Below, one piece after another: positions 9,569 through 20,346 of a DNA stretch of 64,000 bases. Under the pieces are notes generated by a model, which saw only the letters and a list, made by a program, of their open reading frames with translations, did no database searches and was not told where the DNA came from. Each line of letters begins with the position of its first letter. Within the stretch, counting starts at the first letter, position 1. The DNA comes from Clostridiales bacterium (GTDB lineage Bacteria; Bacillota; Clostridia; Oscillospirales; Oscillospiraceae). The translations under genes were made by a program, and so were the position numbers. The stretch is taken from positions 150,786-214,785 of the forward strand of contig SFEX01000001.1 of assembly GCA_004557075.1 (NCBI GenBank), written 5' to 3'.

Positions 9569-10602
9569 TTCTTATCATTACCCTTCTGCATTTTTCTTCG
9601 CAGCTGCCCGCAGGATGCGTCAACATCGCCGCCGAGCTTACGCCGCACCGTCACATTTACGCCTTCATCCTCAAGGATTTTTATAAATCCTTTTATATGG
9701 CCGGAGGTAGACGGATGAAAGCGGCTTTCTTCAACGTGGTTCATAGGTATGAGATTTACATGCGCGCAAACCTCTTTTGCACGCTTTGCAAGCAGTCTTG
9801 CATGATACTCTGTGTCATTCACTCCGTCGATCATGATATATTCAAACGATATCCTGCGCCCGGTCTTTTCATAATAGCTTTTGCAGCTTTTCATGAGATT
9901 GTCAACGCCGCGCCCGATATTTGCGGGCATTATTTTCGAGCGTGTCTCATCGTCGGGAGCATGGAGAGATACCGACAGCGTCAATTGTAAATTAAGATCG
10001 GCCAGTTCGTCAAATTTTTCTATAATTCCGCAGGTGGACAGCGAAATGTGCCTCATGCCGATATTCATTCCGTCGGGATGGTTGACGAGCTTTAAAAACT
10101 TAACCACATTATCAAAGTTATCAAGCGGCTCACCGATGCCCATGAGCACGATATTTGAGATAGTCTTCCCGGAATCAAGCTGGGAAAACAGCACTTCGTC
10201 AAGTATCTCCGAAGGCTCAAGCCCGCGCACAAGCCCTCCGATGGTCGAGGCGCAGAACGCACAGCCCTGCCGGCAGCCCACCTGTGACGAAACGCATACG
10301 GTATTGCCGTGCTTATAGCTCATAACGACAGTCTCGACCGCGTTGCCGTCGTATAGCTCCCACAGGTATTTGATAGTCCCGTCGATTTTCGAGACCTGCT
10401 TGCTCAAGACCTTGGGCTTATATATGGTATATTCCTTTTCAAGCTTCATTCGTAGGCTCTTTGGAATATCGCTCATTTCTTCAAAGGAGCCAACTCCCCT
10501 GCCGAGCCATTTAAACACCTGCTTTGCGCGGTATTTCGGCTCGCCCATAGCGAGAATATCGGCTTCAAGCTCTTCGGGAAGCATTGATTTTATGTTTTTC
10601 AT
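9565..10602 (-). CDS. rlmN: 23S rRNA/tRNA adenine-C2 methyltransferase (radical SAM)
   Basis: Radical-SAM cluster motif GCRQGCAFC and C-terminal CGQL. Confidence 0.9.
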   Translation of the reverse strand: MKNIKSMLPEELEADILAMGEPKYRAKQVFKWLGRGVGSFEEMSDIPKSLRMKLEKEYTIYKPKVLSKQVSKIDGTIKYLWELYDGNAVETVVMSYKHGNTVCVSSQVGCRQGCAFCASTIGGLVRGLEPSEILDEVLFSQLDSGKTISNIVLMGIGEPLDNFDNVVKFLKLVNHPDGMNIGMRHISLSTCGIIEKFDELADLNLQLTLSVSLHAPDDETRSKIMPANIGRGVDNLMKSCKSYYEKTGRRISFEYIMIDGVNDTEYHARLLAKRAKEVCAHVNLIPMNHVEESRFHPSTSGHIKGFIKILEDEGVNVTVRRKLGGDVDASCGQLRRKMQKGNDKK

Positions 10603-11906
10603 TTAAGCCTCCTCAGCTTACATACGAAAAAGCCGTCCGTTCCGTGGATATGCGGCCAGAAGGTAAACATGCCGTCCGCGGCTTCCGCGCCGTTTGGCAG
10701 TATGAAGCTCTCAGCGGTAAATTCGGGATGGCTTGAGAGAAACGCCGTCACAACGTCCTCGTTTTCCTCCCGGAAAACAGTGCAGGTGGAGTAAAGCAAA
10801 ACTCCCCCGACTTTCACAGCCGCCGACAAGTTTTCAAGTATTGCCGACTGTATTTCCGGCAATGCAAGGCGCTCATCCGGGTCTTTATAGCGAATATCCG
10901 GCTTTTTTCTTATAACTCCGTAGCCGGAGCACGGGACATCGGCTATAACGACGTCAAATGTGCCGTCTATCGGCTGTCTGGCATCGCGCGAAAATGCGTT
11001 TATAATATCAAGACCGAGACGCTTAGCGCCGCTTTCAATAAGCGCGATTTTTTTCCGGTTCAGATCGCATGATATTATCTCGCCTTGATTTTTCATTGTA
11101 ACAGCTGCGGCAAAGCTCTTACCCCCGGGTGCGGCGCAGGCATCGAGCACTCCCATACCGGGGCGTATTTCAGCGGCAAGAACGGCGCATTTGGCCGCCG
11201 CGTCCTGAACATAGAAAAGTCCCTCATTAAAGCCCGGCATTTTGCTTACATTGCCGGAGGTCACAATGCAGTCGGGAAGCCATGGGTGCATACGGCAGCT
11301 ATAGCCTGCATCCGCAAGCTCGGCGCAAAGCTCCGACGCCGTGGTCTTTATCGTATTCACCTGTAGCGTAATATCGCTCACAGCGTTGTTTGCGGCAAAA
11401 AATCCCTCGGCAAAATCATAGCCATGAGCGGCTATCATATATTCCGCCAGCCATAGCGGGTGGCTGTATTTCAAAGCAAGGTACTTTGCCGTCCCCTCCT
11501 TCGGTATCTCCGGAGGATTCTCCGCTGAGTCCGCAATTTTTCTCAAAACCGCGTTGCAAAATCCGGCAGCCCTTGAATAGCCAAGCTTTTTGCACAGGCT
11601 CACGCCCTCGTTCACCGCTGCATTCGCCGGGATCTTGTCCATAAAAAGGAGTTGATATGCCGAGCAGCGGAGTATATCCCGAACCTTGGGCTCTATCTTA
11701 GACGGCGAGCTGCTGAACGCATCAATACAGTGATCGCAATAAGCAAGGTTTTGCAGAACCCCTATGCAGATATTTGAAGCGAGAGCAGCAGAGCGCGGAT
11801 CAAGCCCGTATTTAGTTATAGCTCCGTCAATAATGGCAGATGTCCATGCCTTTTCGCGCCTGAAACGCTCAAGCGCGAACACCGCGGCTTCTCTTGCTTT
11901 ATCCAA
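10599..11906 (-). CDS. rsmB: 16S rRNA m5C967 methyltransferase
   Basis: N-terminal NusB-like domain. Motifs DACAAPGGKS and PCSGYGVIRKKPD. Confidence 0.9.
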   Translation of the reverse strand: MDKAREAAVFALERFRREKAWTSAIIDGAITKYGLDPRSAALASNICIGVLQNLAYCDHCIDAFSSSPSKIEPKVRDILRCSAYQLLFMDKIPANAAVNEGVSLCKKLGYSRAAGFCNAVLRKIADSAENPPEIPKEGTAKYLALKYSHPLWLAEYMIAAHGYDFAEGFFAANNAVSDITLQVNTIKTTASELCAELADAGYSCRMHPWLPDCIVTSGNVSKMPGFNEGLFYVQDAAAKCAVLAAEIRPGMGVLDACAAPGGKSFAAAVTMKNQGEIISCDLNRKKIALIESGAKRLGLDIINAFSRDARQPIDGTFDVVIADVPCSGYGVIRKKPDIRYKDPDERLALPEIQSAILENLSAAVKVGGVLLYSTCTVFREENEDVVTAFLSSHPEFTAESFILPNGAEAADGMFTFWPHIHGTDGFFVCKLRRLK

Positions 11907-11909
11907 ATC

Positions 11910-12833
11910 TCAGTCCTCAACAGTAATAGGATGCCCTAAAATATAGTCTGCGGCCTTCATACGTTTTTTGCCCGGAGCCTGTAGCTCAGTCACCATGACG
12001 GTCTCTCCCCCGGCGCAGGCGATTTCTATCCCGCTTTTTCCGGCTCCGACGATGCTTCCCGGAGCTTTATCCGTTCTGCTGTCGGTATAACGGGCGCTAT
12101 AGACCTTGAACTTTTCTCCGCTAAGCTCCATTGTCGCGACCGGCCACGGCTGTAAGCCGCAGATCCATTTGATTATTTCTCTCGGAGTTCTGTTCCAGTC
12201 AATAGGGCTAAGGCTCTTATCGAGCATTTTAACGTAGCTTGCATCGGCATGATTCTGCGCTTTTCTCGGTGCGCAGCCGGCTTCGATATCATGGAGGGTA
12301 GTGTGCAAAAGCTCAGCTCCCATGACCATGAGCCTGTCAAAAAGCTCTCCCGAGGTCTCAAATTCGCCGATCTCGGTTTCGGCTGTGTATATGACGTCTC
12401 CCGTATCCATCTCGCTTGCAAGATACATGGTCGATACGCCGGTTATTTTATCCCCGTTGAGAACCGCCCACTGTATAGGCGCTGAGCCGCGGTACTTGGG
12501 CAGCAGCGAGGCATGAACGTTTATTGCGCTGTATTTCGGCACTGCGAGCATTTCGTCCGGCAGTATCCTTCCGTAAGCAACGACTACAAGGATATCGGGT
12601 CTGAGGCTTTTTATAAGCTCCGTTGCGGTTCCGTCGCGCAGCTTTGTCGGCTGGTAAACCGGAATATTGTTATCAAGCGCAAGCTGTTTTACCGGAGAAA
12701 ATGAGAGCTGCATTCCACGGTTTCGCGGCTTGTCCGGCTGAGTAAAAACAGCGGCTATATCATATTTTTCGTCAATCAGCTTTTTAAGTGACTCCGCTGC
12801 GAAATCGGGAGTGCCCATAAATACAACGCGCAT
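11910..12833 (-). CDS. fmt: Methionyl-tRNA formyltransferase
   Basis: Motifs MRVVFMGTPDFA and HASLLPKYRG. Confidence 0.95.
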   Translation of the reverse strand: MRVVFMGTPDFAAESLKKLIDEKYDIAAVFTQPDKPRNRGMQLSFSPVKQLALDNNIPVYQPTKLRDGTATELIKSLRPDILVVVAYGRILPDEMLAVPKYSAINVHASLLPKYRGSAPIQWAVLNGDKITGVSTMYLASEMDTGDVIYTAETEIGEFETSGELFDRLMVMGAELLHTTLHDIEAGCAPRKAQNHADASYVKMLDKSLSPIDWNRTPREIIKWICGLQPWPVATMELSGEKFKVYSARYTDSRTDKAPGSIVGAGKSGIEIACAGGETVMVTELQAPGKKRMKAADYILGHPITVED

Positions 12834-13339
12834 TATTCTTCTCCGCCTTCGGTTCCGTATATTTCCTCATGCGTCAGCATACGCTCGCACTTTTCAGTGA
12901 AAAGATGTCCGTCTAAATGCTCAAGCTCGTGGCAGATGCACCGTGCGGTCAAGCCGTCGCCTGCATATTCAAACCATTCGCCGTTTCTGTCCTGAGCTTT
13001 TACTACGGCATGGTCGGGTCTGCGAACAATACCGTATTCACCCGGTACGCTGAGGCAGCCCTCGGCCCCCACCTGTTCCCCGGAGGTCTCTACAAGTTCC
13101 GGATTTATGAGTTCGAGGATCACTTCATCCTCGCCTTCTTCAACATTGGTTTCGATCACCAGCACGGCTCTGCGCAAAATGCCGACCTGCGGGGCAGCAA
13201 GACCAACGCCGTTGGCCTTAATTAGCGTATCCGCCATATCGTCAAGGAGCTGATGCAGTCTCGCGTCAAACTTGACAACCGGACGGCAGACCTTATATAA
13301 GCTCTTATCTTCCTTGGTTAATATGTTTCTCAGTGCCAT
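12833..13339 (-). CDS. def: Peptide deformylase
   Basis: Motifs GVGLAAPQVG, EGCLSVPG and HELEHLDG. Confidence 0.95.
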   Translation of the reverse strand: MALRNILTKEDKSLYKVCRPVVKFDARLHQLLDDMADTLIKANGVGLAAPQVGILRRAVLVIETNVEEGEDEVILELINPELVETSGEQVGAEGCLSVPGEYGIVRRPDHAVVKAQDRNGEWFEYAGDGLTARCICHELEHLDGHLFTEKCERMLTHEEIYGTEGGEE

Positions 13340-13350
13340 AGCGTTCTCCT

Positions 13351-15603
13351 TTAATCTAAGGGATTATTGTCGGCAAAAATGCTGACGCCCTTATATTTTC
13401 CTGATGAATTAAGTTTAACCAACACGGCCGATACAAGCTCTCGTATCTCTTTATCAGACTTACAGCTTATATTGACCCTGTATCTGTATCTGTTGTTTAC
13501 CTTAACGACAGCAAGCGGCGCGGGGCCGAGAATGCTGATATCCGTTCTGTGTTTGACCGATGCGGAAAGGATATTTCTTATATCCTCGCAGCATTTTATA
13601 ACAGACGCCTCCTCAACGCCGGACGCAGTTATGGAGATGATATCCGCAAACGGAGGCGTGCGCTGAAGAGCGCGAAGCTGCATCTCCGATCTATAGAAGC
13701 CGTCGTAGTCCTGAGCGGCTGCAAGACGGATGATCTCGTTTTGCGGCGTGAAGGTTTGAATAACGGCCCGTCCGGGCTTGCTTCCCCTGCCGCTCCTGCC
13801 GACTACCTGCGTTATAAGCGAGAAGGTGCGCTCGCCTGAGCGATAGTCTCCGCAGTACAGGCTCTGGTCAGCGGACAGGACGCCAATAAGCGTGACATTT
13901 TCAAAATTGAGCCCCTTTGTGACCATTTGAGTGCCGACCATGATGTGGATTTTTTCTTTCCTAAATTTCTCGAGCAAAGCATCATGGCTTCCTGCGGCTT
14001 TGACGGTATCCGTGTCCATCCGTATAACGCCCGAATCCGGGAAAAGCTGCTTGAGCTCATCTTCAATGAGCTGTGTACCGGCGCCTATAAACGTAAGCAA
14101 TCCGCCGCAGTCGGGGCACGCATTATCCGGCCTTTGGGTATAGCCGCAGTAGTGGCACATAAGCCGTCTGTTTGAGCTGTGGTAGGTAAGCGATACACTG
14201 CAATTGGGGCATTTATAGATATATCCGCATTCGCCGCAGCTTATGAGCTTATGAGCGCCGCGTCTGTTTATAAACAGTATGCTCTGCTCGCCGTTTTCGA
14301 TATTCTTTGCAAGCTCGCTTTGCAGCCGCTCGCTTATATTTCCGCCGTTTCCGCCGTGAAGCTCGCTTTTCATATCAACGATGCTGACATCGGGGAGCTT
14401 CATTTCATTGTAGCGTTTTTTCAGCTCAAAGTATTTGTATCTGCCTTTTTCCGCGGCATACCGGCTCTCAAGATCCGGAGTCGCGGAGCCGAGCAGCAAC
14501 AGCGAATTTGTCTTTGCGCAACGGTATTTTGCGATATCCCTTGCGTGATAGCGCGGTGAGTTTTCGGATTTGTAGCTCTCCTCCTGCTCCTCATCAATTA
14601 TAATGAGGCCGAGGTTCTCAAACGGCGCAAAAACAGCGCTTCTCGTCCCAATAACGAGCCTTGCATCGCCGTTTTTTGCGCGTTTCCACTCATCGTACCG
14701 TTCGCCGAGCGAAAGGCTGCTGTGCAGTACGGCAACATCATTTCCGAAATATTCGGAAAAAGTCCGTATCATCTGCGGAGTAAGCGATATTTCGGGCACG
14801 AGCAAAACTGCGCTCTTGTCCGATTTGAGCGTTCTGCATATAAGATGGATATATATCGACGTCTTGCCGCTGCCGGTGACGCCGCAAAGCAGGGCGGCCT
14901 CCGCCGTGGGACTTTGTAAAAGCTCATTCAGCCCCTCGAAAACAGCGCTCTGTTCGGAATTGAGCACCGGCAAAGGCTGAATTTCCTCGTTCCATACCTC
15001 CGGCCGCCTGAAAACTTCCTCAAAATCAGTCTCAATAAGCCCTGCATTGATAAGAGCCTTGAGCGACTGCCTTGATGCGCCGGTAAAATACAGCGCCTCA
15101 TGAGCAGAAACCCTTCCGACCGTACACATAAGCTCAAGCAGCTCCGCCTGCATGGGCGCCTTGCGGCGCTTTGCGCGTGCAAGCTCTGACGCCTCCGAAG
15201 CATCAATGGCAAGGCTTATCATCTCGCGCATCTTGTCGTTTACCCTGCGCGCTCCATCCGGTTTAAACCAGAAGCCGGCAGGCAAAATAGTCTTTACAGC
15301 GTCATAGACAGTGCAGAAAAAGCGGTCGTGCATCCAGAGAGCAAGCTTTATCTGCGACGACGTGAGCACGGGCTCTGAGTCAAGCACCGCCTCAACGGGC
15401 TTGAGCTTGTCGTAATCGCTCTTATCAGTCAGGCTGAGGACGATCCCCTCGCTCCTGCGGTTGCCTCTTGAAAAAGGCACGGTCACACGCACTCCGGGCC
15501 TGACCTTATCCCGAAGCTTCTCGGGGATAAGATAGTCGTAGGGCTTGTCAAGCCAATATGTTGCGGCAGAGACCGCAATTTTAGCAACACCGGTCTCCAA
15601 CAT
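13351..15603 (-). CDS. priA: Primosomal protein N' (replication restart helicase)
   Basis: Walker A GVTGSGKT, IIDEEQE box and Cys-rich zinc fingers CGECGYIYKCPNC...CHYCG...CPDCG. Confidence 0.95.
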   Translation of the reverse strand: MLETGVAKIAVSAATYWLDKPYDYLIPEKLRDKVRPGVRVTVPFSRGNRRSEGIVLSLTDKSDYDKLKPVEAVLDSEPVLTSSQIKLALWMHDRFFCTVYDAVKTILPAGFWFKPDGARRVNDKMREMISLAIDASEASELARAKRRKAPMQAELLELMCTVGRVSAHEALYFTGASRQSLKALINAGLIETDFEEVFRRPEVWNEEIQPLPVLNSEQSAVFEGLNELLQSPTAEAALLCGVTGSGKTSIYIHLICRTLKSDKSAVLLVPEISLTPQMIRTFSEYFGNDVAVLHSSLSLGERYDEWKRAKNGDARLVIGTRSAVFAPFENLGLIIIDEEQEESYKSENSPRYHARDIAKYRCAKTNSLLLLGSATPDLESRYAAEKGRYKYFELKKRYNEMKLPDVSIVDMKSELHGGNGGNISERLQSELAKNIENGEQSILFINRRGAHKLISCGECGYIYKCPNCSVSLTYHSSNRRLMCHYCGYTQRPDNACPDCGGLLTFIGAGTQLIEDELKQLFPDSGVIRMDTDTVKAAGSHDALLEKFRKEKIHIMVGTQMVTKGLNFENVTLIGVLSADQSLYCGDYRSGERTFSLITQVVGRSGRGSKPGRAVIQTFTPQNEIIRLAAAQDYDGFYRSEMQLRALQRTPPFADIISITASGVEEASVIKCCEDIRNILSASVKHRTDISILGPAPLAVVKVNNRYRYRVNISCKSDKEIRELVSAVLVKLNSSGKYKGVSIFADNNPLD

Positions 15604-15632
15604 GCCCCCGCCTCCCTGTTCAGACCAAATAA

Positions 15633-15691
15633 ATCAAAAACGCAGCGGAGCATAAGCATAATGCGAGCATACGAATGCTTAAGCTCCGCTG
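15633..15691 (-). terminator. Rho-independent terminator after rpoZ
   Basis: CAGCGGAGC ... GCTCCGCTG stem (15643-15651 with 15683-15691) with additional inner pairing. Followed on the minus strand by a T-rich tract (cgTTTTTgaTTT). Confidence 0.65.
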
Positions 15692-15695
15692 AGCA

Positions 15696-15887
15696 TTATT
15701 TCTCTATTGTAAGCTTACCGGTATATACCTCGTCTATTGCGGTAGAGACGGGCTTTTTCTCAAGAACTTCGCCGTTTTCCTCGGCTGCCGCGGATATGGA
15801 ACGAGCCCTTCTCGCCACGAGATTAACGAGCTGATAACGGTTTCCTGTCTTGTTTACAAGTTCAGCTACAGGGGGATAAAGCATCAT
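15696..15887 (-). CDS. rpoZ: DNA-directed RNA polymerase subunit omega
   Basis: MMLYPPVAELVNKTGNRYQLVNLVARRARSI matches the RpoZ N-terminus. ATG chosen 9 nt downstream of GAGGT. The ORF-track TTG at 15893 is an alternative. Confidence 0.85.
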   Translation of the reverse strand: MMLYPPVAELVNKTGNRYQLVNLVARRARSISAAAEENGEVLEKKPVSTAIDEVYTGKLTIEK

Positions 15888-15889
15888 AA

Positions 15890-16495
15890 TCAATCTACCT
15901 CGCTTAAATAGTTTTTCCTCAAATCATATTTGCAGTATTCGGCGTTTATTATCGAGGAAAATTCCTTTGCCGCCGCGTCTGCGTCATCGTTAATAATTAT
16001 ATAGTCATAGAAATCTGCGGCGGCATACTCCTCTTTTGCGCGGATAAGGCGAGCCTCGATCTTCCGCTCGGAGTCTGTTCCTCTGCTACGCAGTCTTCTC
16101 TCCAGTTCTTTCATAGACGGCGGAATGATAAATATCATAACCGCCTCGGGCATCTTCCGGTGAACCTGAAGCGCGCCCTGAACCTCAATATCCAGCAGAA
16201 CGTTCATGCCCTCATTGAGCTTTTTCTCAACATATGCCCTCGGCGTTCCATAGGAGTTGGCAACGTATTCCGCGTGCTCAAGGAACTCATCATTTTCAAC
16301 CATCTCACGGAATTTATCGAGATCGACGAAGAAGTATTCCTTACCGTCTATCTCACCGGGACGGGGCTTGCGTGTTGTTGCGGATATTGAAAAACAAACG
16401 TCGCTGCGTTCTTCAAGAGCCTTAAATACTACCGTGCTCTTGCCGGCTCCCGAAGGGCCGGATATTACAAACAATTTTCCTCTTTGATTAGCCAT
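15890..16495 (-). CDS. gmk: Guanylate kinase
   Basis: P-loop GPSGAGKST. Start at MANQRGK, preceded by GAGGAAGGTG. The longer ORF-track start would overlap remA by 50 nt. Confidence 0.9.
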   Translation of the reverse strand: MANQRGKLFVISGPSGAGKSTVVFKALEERSDVCFSISATTRKPRPGEIDGKEYFFVDLDKFREMVENDEFLEHAEYVANSYGTPRAYVEKKLNEGMNVLLDIEVQGALQVHRKMPEAVMIFIIPPSMKELERRLRSRGTDSERKIEARLIRAKEEYAAADFYDYIIINDDADAAAKEFSSIINAEYCKYDLRKNYLSEVD

Positions 16496-16748
16496 TTGCT
16501 GCACCTTCCTCATTAGTATTTGAAATTCGCGCCGCAAGCGCCTCGGGCGTCAGCGCGGATAAAACTACATTTCCGCTGTCCATTGTCAAAACAGCTCTGG
16601 TACTTCGGCCGAAAGAAGCGTCGATAAGCAGCCCCTTTTCACGCACATCCTGGATCATTCGCTTTATGGGCGCTGATTCGGGACTTACGATCGCAACTAT
16701 CCGCTCCGCCGATACCATATTGCCGAATCCGATATTCACAAGCTTCAT
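16488..16748 (-). CDS. remA: DUF370 / RemA-family regulatory protein
   Basis: [32 protein letters not shown]... is the characteristic RemA/YlzA sequence. Conserved position upstream of gmk. Confidence 0.85.
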   Translation of the reverse strand: MKLVNIGFGNMVSAERIVAIVSPESAPIKRMIQDVREKGLLIDASFGRSTRAVLTMDSGNVVLSALTPEALAARISNTNEEGAANG

Positions 16749-16757
16749 GTGCAGACC

Positions 16758-17636
16758 TCACTCAATATTCTGGATCTGCTCACGGATTTTTTCTATCTCC
16801 GATTTGAGGTCTACCACAACATGGGCAATATCGGAATTCTGACATTTTGAGCCGATGGTATTGGCTTCTCTGTTAAACTCTTGCATGAGAAAATCAATTT
16901 TTCTGCCTATCGGAGAGCCTGTCTCCAGCATGGTTCTGAGCTGAGAAATATGGCTGCGCAGTCTGACAGTCTCCTCATCGACAGCGACCCTGTCGGCAAA
17001 TATGGCAGCCTCGGTTATTATCCTGCTCTCGTCTACTCCCGCCGAGCCGATGACTTCATTGAGCTTTTGGAGAAGTCTTTCCCTGTATTCTTCCACTGTC
17101 TTGGGCGCGTTCTCCTCTATTATGCTGACAAATCCCTCGATATTCTCAAGCTTTGAGAGAACGTCGAGTCTTAGCTTTTCGCCCTCGCGCATGCGCATTA
17201 AATCAAAATCCCGCAGCGCCTGCTCGGCTATCTCCTTAATACCCGCAGCGACAGCTTCCGAATCAAGCTCCTTTTTCTCAACAGAGAGTATATCGGGAAA
17301 TCTGCTGACGCTCATAACGCTTATATCGCGCGGCAAATTGTAATCGTCTGCAATGCGCTCAAGAGCGTCGATATACCCTTTAAGCAGAGGCTCGTTTACT
17401 CGCACTATCATATCGTCAGCCATGGACGAATCGACCGTCACAAACACATCGACCTTGCCGCGGCTTATATGCGAAGAAACAGCGGATTTTATCGTCTCCT
17501 CCGCGAAGATGAAGCTGCGCGGAAGTCTGACCGATGTATCCAGGAACTTGTTATTGACGCTTTTGAGCTCGACGCTTACTTCAATGCCCTCCACACAGCT
17601 TTTGGCGCTGCCGTAGCCCGTCATGCTTTTTATCAT
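16758..17636 (-). CDS. YicC-family stress-induced protein
   Basis: MIKSMTGYG N-terminus and C-terminal EFNREANTIGSK motif (YicC_N plus DUF1732). Confidence 0.85.
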   Translation of the reverse strand: MIKSMTGYGSAKSCVEGIEVSVELKSVNNKFLDTSVRLPRSFIFAEETIKSAVSSHISRGKVDVFVTVDSSMADDMIVRVNEPLLKGYIDALERIADDYNLPRDISVMSVSRFPDILSVEKKELDSEAVAAGIKEIAEQALRDFDLMRMREGEKLRLDVLSKLENIEGFVSIIEENAPKTVEEYRERLLQKLNEVIGSAGVDESRIITEAAIFADRVAVDEETVRLRSHISQLRTMLETGSPIGRKIDFLMQEFNREANTIGSKCQNSDIAHVVVDLKSEIEKIREQIQNIE

Positions 17637-17648
17637 TTTTCCTCCGTC

Positions 17649-18056
17649 TCAGCGAAGCTGAGTTATCACAAATTTGATAGGATTTTTTCTTTTGCTTATG
17701 CGCTGATAAATTATAACCAGCGCTGCGGCAAGGCAAAATGCCGCAAAGCTGCACAGCACGCTCATTCCCTCGCTGAGATTATTGGCCGCCGCAATCGCAT
17801 AGCCGATAAAGAACACGATAAACGGTACGATATACAGCAAAAATGCCGCGCCGAATATTCTCGAGCTGAGGCTTTCTATAATCACCTTTTCGCCGGGGCG
17901 CGCGTTTACGTTGTTTTTCGCAAACGCCTTTATTTCATTCTGGAAAACACAGCTTTCGCAGTTTCCGCAATTGCTCCCGCAGGCAGTTCCGCGCGACACC
18001 GCGACTTCCGCCATTCCGTTTGCAAACACTTTGGTTACTACTGCATCCTGAGTCAT
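17649..18056 (-). CDS. RseC/MucC-family (SoxR-reducing system) membrane protein
   Basis: N-terminal Cys cluster CGSNCGNCESC followed by two TM helices. Confidence 0.65.
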   Translation of the reverse strand: MTQDAVVTKVFANGMAEVAVSRGTACGSNCGNCESCVFQNEIKAFAKNNVNARPGEKVIIESLSSRIFGAAFLLYIVPFIVFFIGYAIAAANNLSEGMSVLCSFAAFCLAAALVIIYQRISKRKNPIKFVITQLR

Positions 18057-18073
18057 ATCAGTTTCCTCTCACT

Positions 18074-19336
18074 TTAATCCTTGTAAATTGTCACGGTTAC
18101 TTTAACGTCTCCAACCGCCCCGACGCCGTCATGACCTGAGACCTGCACCTTTGCGTTGACTATGACCTGCCCGGTCGTTGTGCCGTAATCGGATAAGTCA
18201 GCGATTACGCTTATGTCATCGGGCTTGATGCTGTCAAAAGCCCCGCTGCTGAGCGCCCTTAGCGTTACTTCGACTTCCTTTGTGTCTATCGTAACGTGGT
18301 AGCCGCTGCTTATCCCTCGGCAGGAGATATTCGTTGTTGTAAATGTCTTTGTATGGGTGCCCTCAATTTCTATCGTCACTTTTGCATCTGACACACCGGT
18401 AAGATTTTGCACACCATCCTCAAGCACAATTGGGAATGTATGCTCATAGCCCGAAACAAACGACGACAGCTCTATAGTTCCTATCTCTATATAATCCAGA
18501 TCGTCAACTATGCGGGAATCGCCGGCAATTCTTATTGTCTGCGGATCAATGCTGACAGTGCAGTTATCGCTCGTAATGCCGCCGCCTGATATAAGCTTTA
18601 CGCGAAGCGGTACTTCCTTGGATCTGAGTATGGGCTGAGTTGCAGTGACCTTATCGACAGAGAGCATGAGTCCTTCCTTTGAACATACATTGCCGTTAGC
18701 ATCTACCAAGAAGAAGTCGGCCTCTTCAACATAGGTCGATTCAATTGTCTGATCCTTGCCGAAGCTAACCCATGCATGGTCGATATTTTTGATAGTGGAT
18801 TCAGGTCCCTCGACGACGATAGTCTCCGGCTCGAATACAAATTCCTCCGCCACGCAGCCTTCGGCAATGGTGCCCTCAAAGCTACCCTTGACCTCAATGG
18901 TCTTTTTTTCGTTTTTTACGACAGTGAAATTGATGGTCTCGGGATTTTTTCTGACGACCGTAATGCTATTGGAATCCACATAGTCGGGAAATTCAAGCCT
19001 GTATGCCCATGTCATATCGTTGGGCTGGGTTATATTACTGACGTCGATCACGGCTTTAATATCACTTGACTTGAGCTTAGTGATATTGCTGCGCTCGCCG
19101 CGGACAACGATACTGACCGTTTTTACATCGACGCTTGAGATAGACAGATCCCTCTCTGCGAGAATCTCGTCCTGGCCTCTGAACTCCACTTCTATGTTAT
19201 TAAAGGTAATTTCCTTGTCTGTATTATCAAGGCTTGAGACATATGCCCACATAACCAGTGAGCAGAGCAGAGACACGACCATCCAAAAGACTTTGCTGTC
19301 GTATATTTTTTTAGTTCTTTTTTTCTGTTCCATCAC
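18074..19336 (-). CDS. cdaR: YbbR-domain protein, regulator of diadenylate cyclase
   Basis: N-terminal TM helix plus repeated beta-rich YbbR-like modules. Immediately downstream of, and overlapping, cdaA. Confidence 0.8.
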   Translation of the reverse strand: MMEQKKRTKKIYDSKVFWMVVSLLCSLVMWAYVSSLDNTDKEITFNNIEVEFRGQDEILAERDLSISSVDVKTVSIVVRGERSNITKLKSSDIKAVIDVSNITQPNDMTWAYRLEFPDYVDSNSITVVRKNPETINFTVVKNEKKTIEVKGSFEGTIAEGCVAEEFVFEPETIVVEGPESTIKNIDHAWVSFGKDQTIESTYVEEADFFLVDANGNVCSKEGLMLSVDKVTATQPILRSKEVPLRVKLISGGGITSDNCTVSIDPQTIRIAGDSRIVDDLDYIEIGTIELSSFVSGYEHTFPIVLEDGVQNLTGVSDAKVTIEIEGTHTKTFTTTNISCRGISSGYHVTIDTKEVEVTLRALSSGAFDSIKPDDISVIADLSDYGTTTGQVIVNAKVQVSGHDGVGAVGDVKVTVTIYKD

Positions 19337-20198
19337 TGTTCACCTTACGCTTATTAAAGAAACGTGAAAAAATCTCAACTGCCGTGCTTCTCTTTTTCTC
19401 CTCCTGAACAAGCTCGTTGCGCAGGAGCGTCTCAAACGTCCGCAGATCAAGGTTGCGCTTGAGCATACCCTCTATCGCAACGGATATTGCTCCGGTCTCC
19501 TCGGATACGATAACGACTACCGCGTCCGACTGCTCGCTTGCTCCGATACCGGCGCGGTGGCGCATTCCGAGGTCCTTGCTGAGATTTGTCTTATTAGTCA
19601 GCGGGAGCACACAGCCGCCGGCGGCTATCCTTGCGTTTCGGATGATGAGCGCGCCGTCATGCAGAGGCGCCTTCGGGTAAAAAATATTCTTGAGCAGCTC
19701 CGCCGTTGTGTCGGCATCGATTATAGTGCCTGTTGTCATGATATCGCTAAGCTTAATATTTCGCTCAAATATAATAAGCGCGCCGGTCTTTGTCTTTGAC
19801 ATCTGGTCGCAGGCAAGAACGGTCTGAGTGATGGCGGCCTCCACCTTGCTCTCCTCCCTGAGTCTCGGAGAGAAAAGACCGTACAGATTCTGGCTTCCCA
19901 TTTTCGCAAGAAGCTTTCGCAGCTCCGGCTGGAAAATAATCACTACGGCAATAAAGCCGAGTTCAATGGTCTTTTTAAGTATATAGTTTATCATCGTCAG
20001 ATGAGCCACGCCCGAGAGGAATATTGCGATCAAAAGGAAGAAGATTCCCTTGGCAATATTATAGGAGCTTGTCTTTCTGACAAGATCAATTACTTTATAG
20101 AACAAATAGGCGACTATCAGGATATCGATAACATCCCAAAATCCTATCGTTGAAATGTAATTGAGCATTCTTATGAAATAACTCGATAGTTCCTGCAT
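19311..20198 (-). CDS. cdaA: Diadenylate cyclase (c-di-AMP synthase)
   Basis: Three N-terminal TM helices. DAC domain motifs DGALII and RHRAGIGASE. Confidence 0.9.
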   Translation of the reverse strand: MQELSSYFIRMLNYISTIGFWDVIDILIVAYLFYKVIDLVRKTSSYNIAKGIFFLLIAIFLSGVAHLTMINYILKKTIELGFIAVVIIFQPELRKLLAKMGSQNLYGLFSPRLREESKVEAAITQTVLACDQMSKTKTGALIIFERNIKLSDIMTTGTIIDADTTAELLKNIFYPKAPLHDGALIIRNARIAAGGCVLPLTNKTNLSKDLGMRHRAGIGASEQSDAVVVIVSEETGAISVAIEGMLKRNLDLRTFETLLRNELVQEEKKRSTAVEIFSRFFNKRKVNSDGTEKKN

Positions 20199-20346
20199 CT
20201 GTCATCCCCGCTAATCTATCTTTGCAGACTCGTGCGCAGTCCGCAGCATACTGTAAGCCGAGACGATACAATCAAGAGTAAACTAATTGTATCGTCTAAT
20301 CGTCTTATTATATAATATATATTCAGAAAAGGCAATTAAATAATAA

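Noticed and set aside
20262-20298. Inverted repeat GACGATACAAT ... ATTGTATCGTC upstream of cdaA
   Set aside because: It has a good stem but no adjacent T-tract on the minus strand. From sequence alone I cannot tell whether it is a terminator of the aminotransferase gene or a regulatory hairpin.
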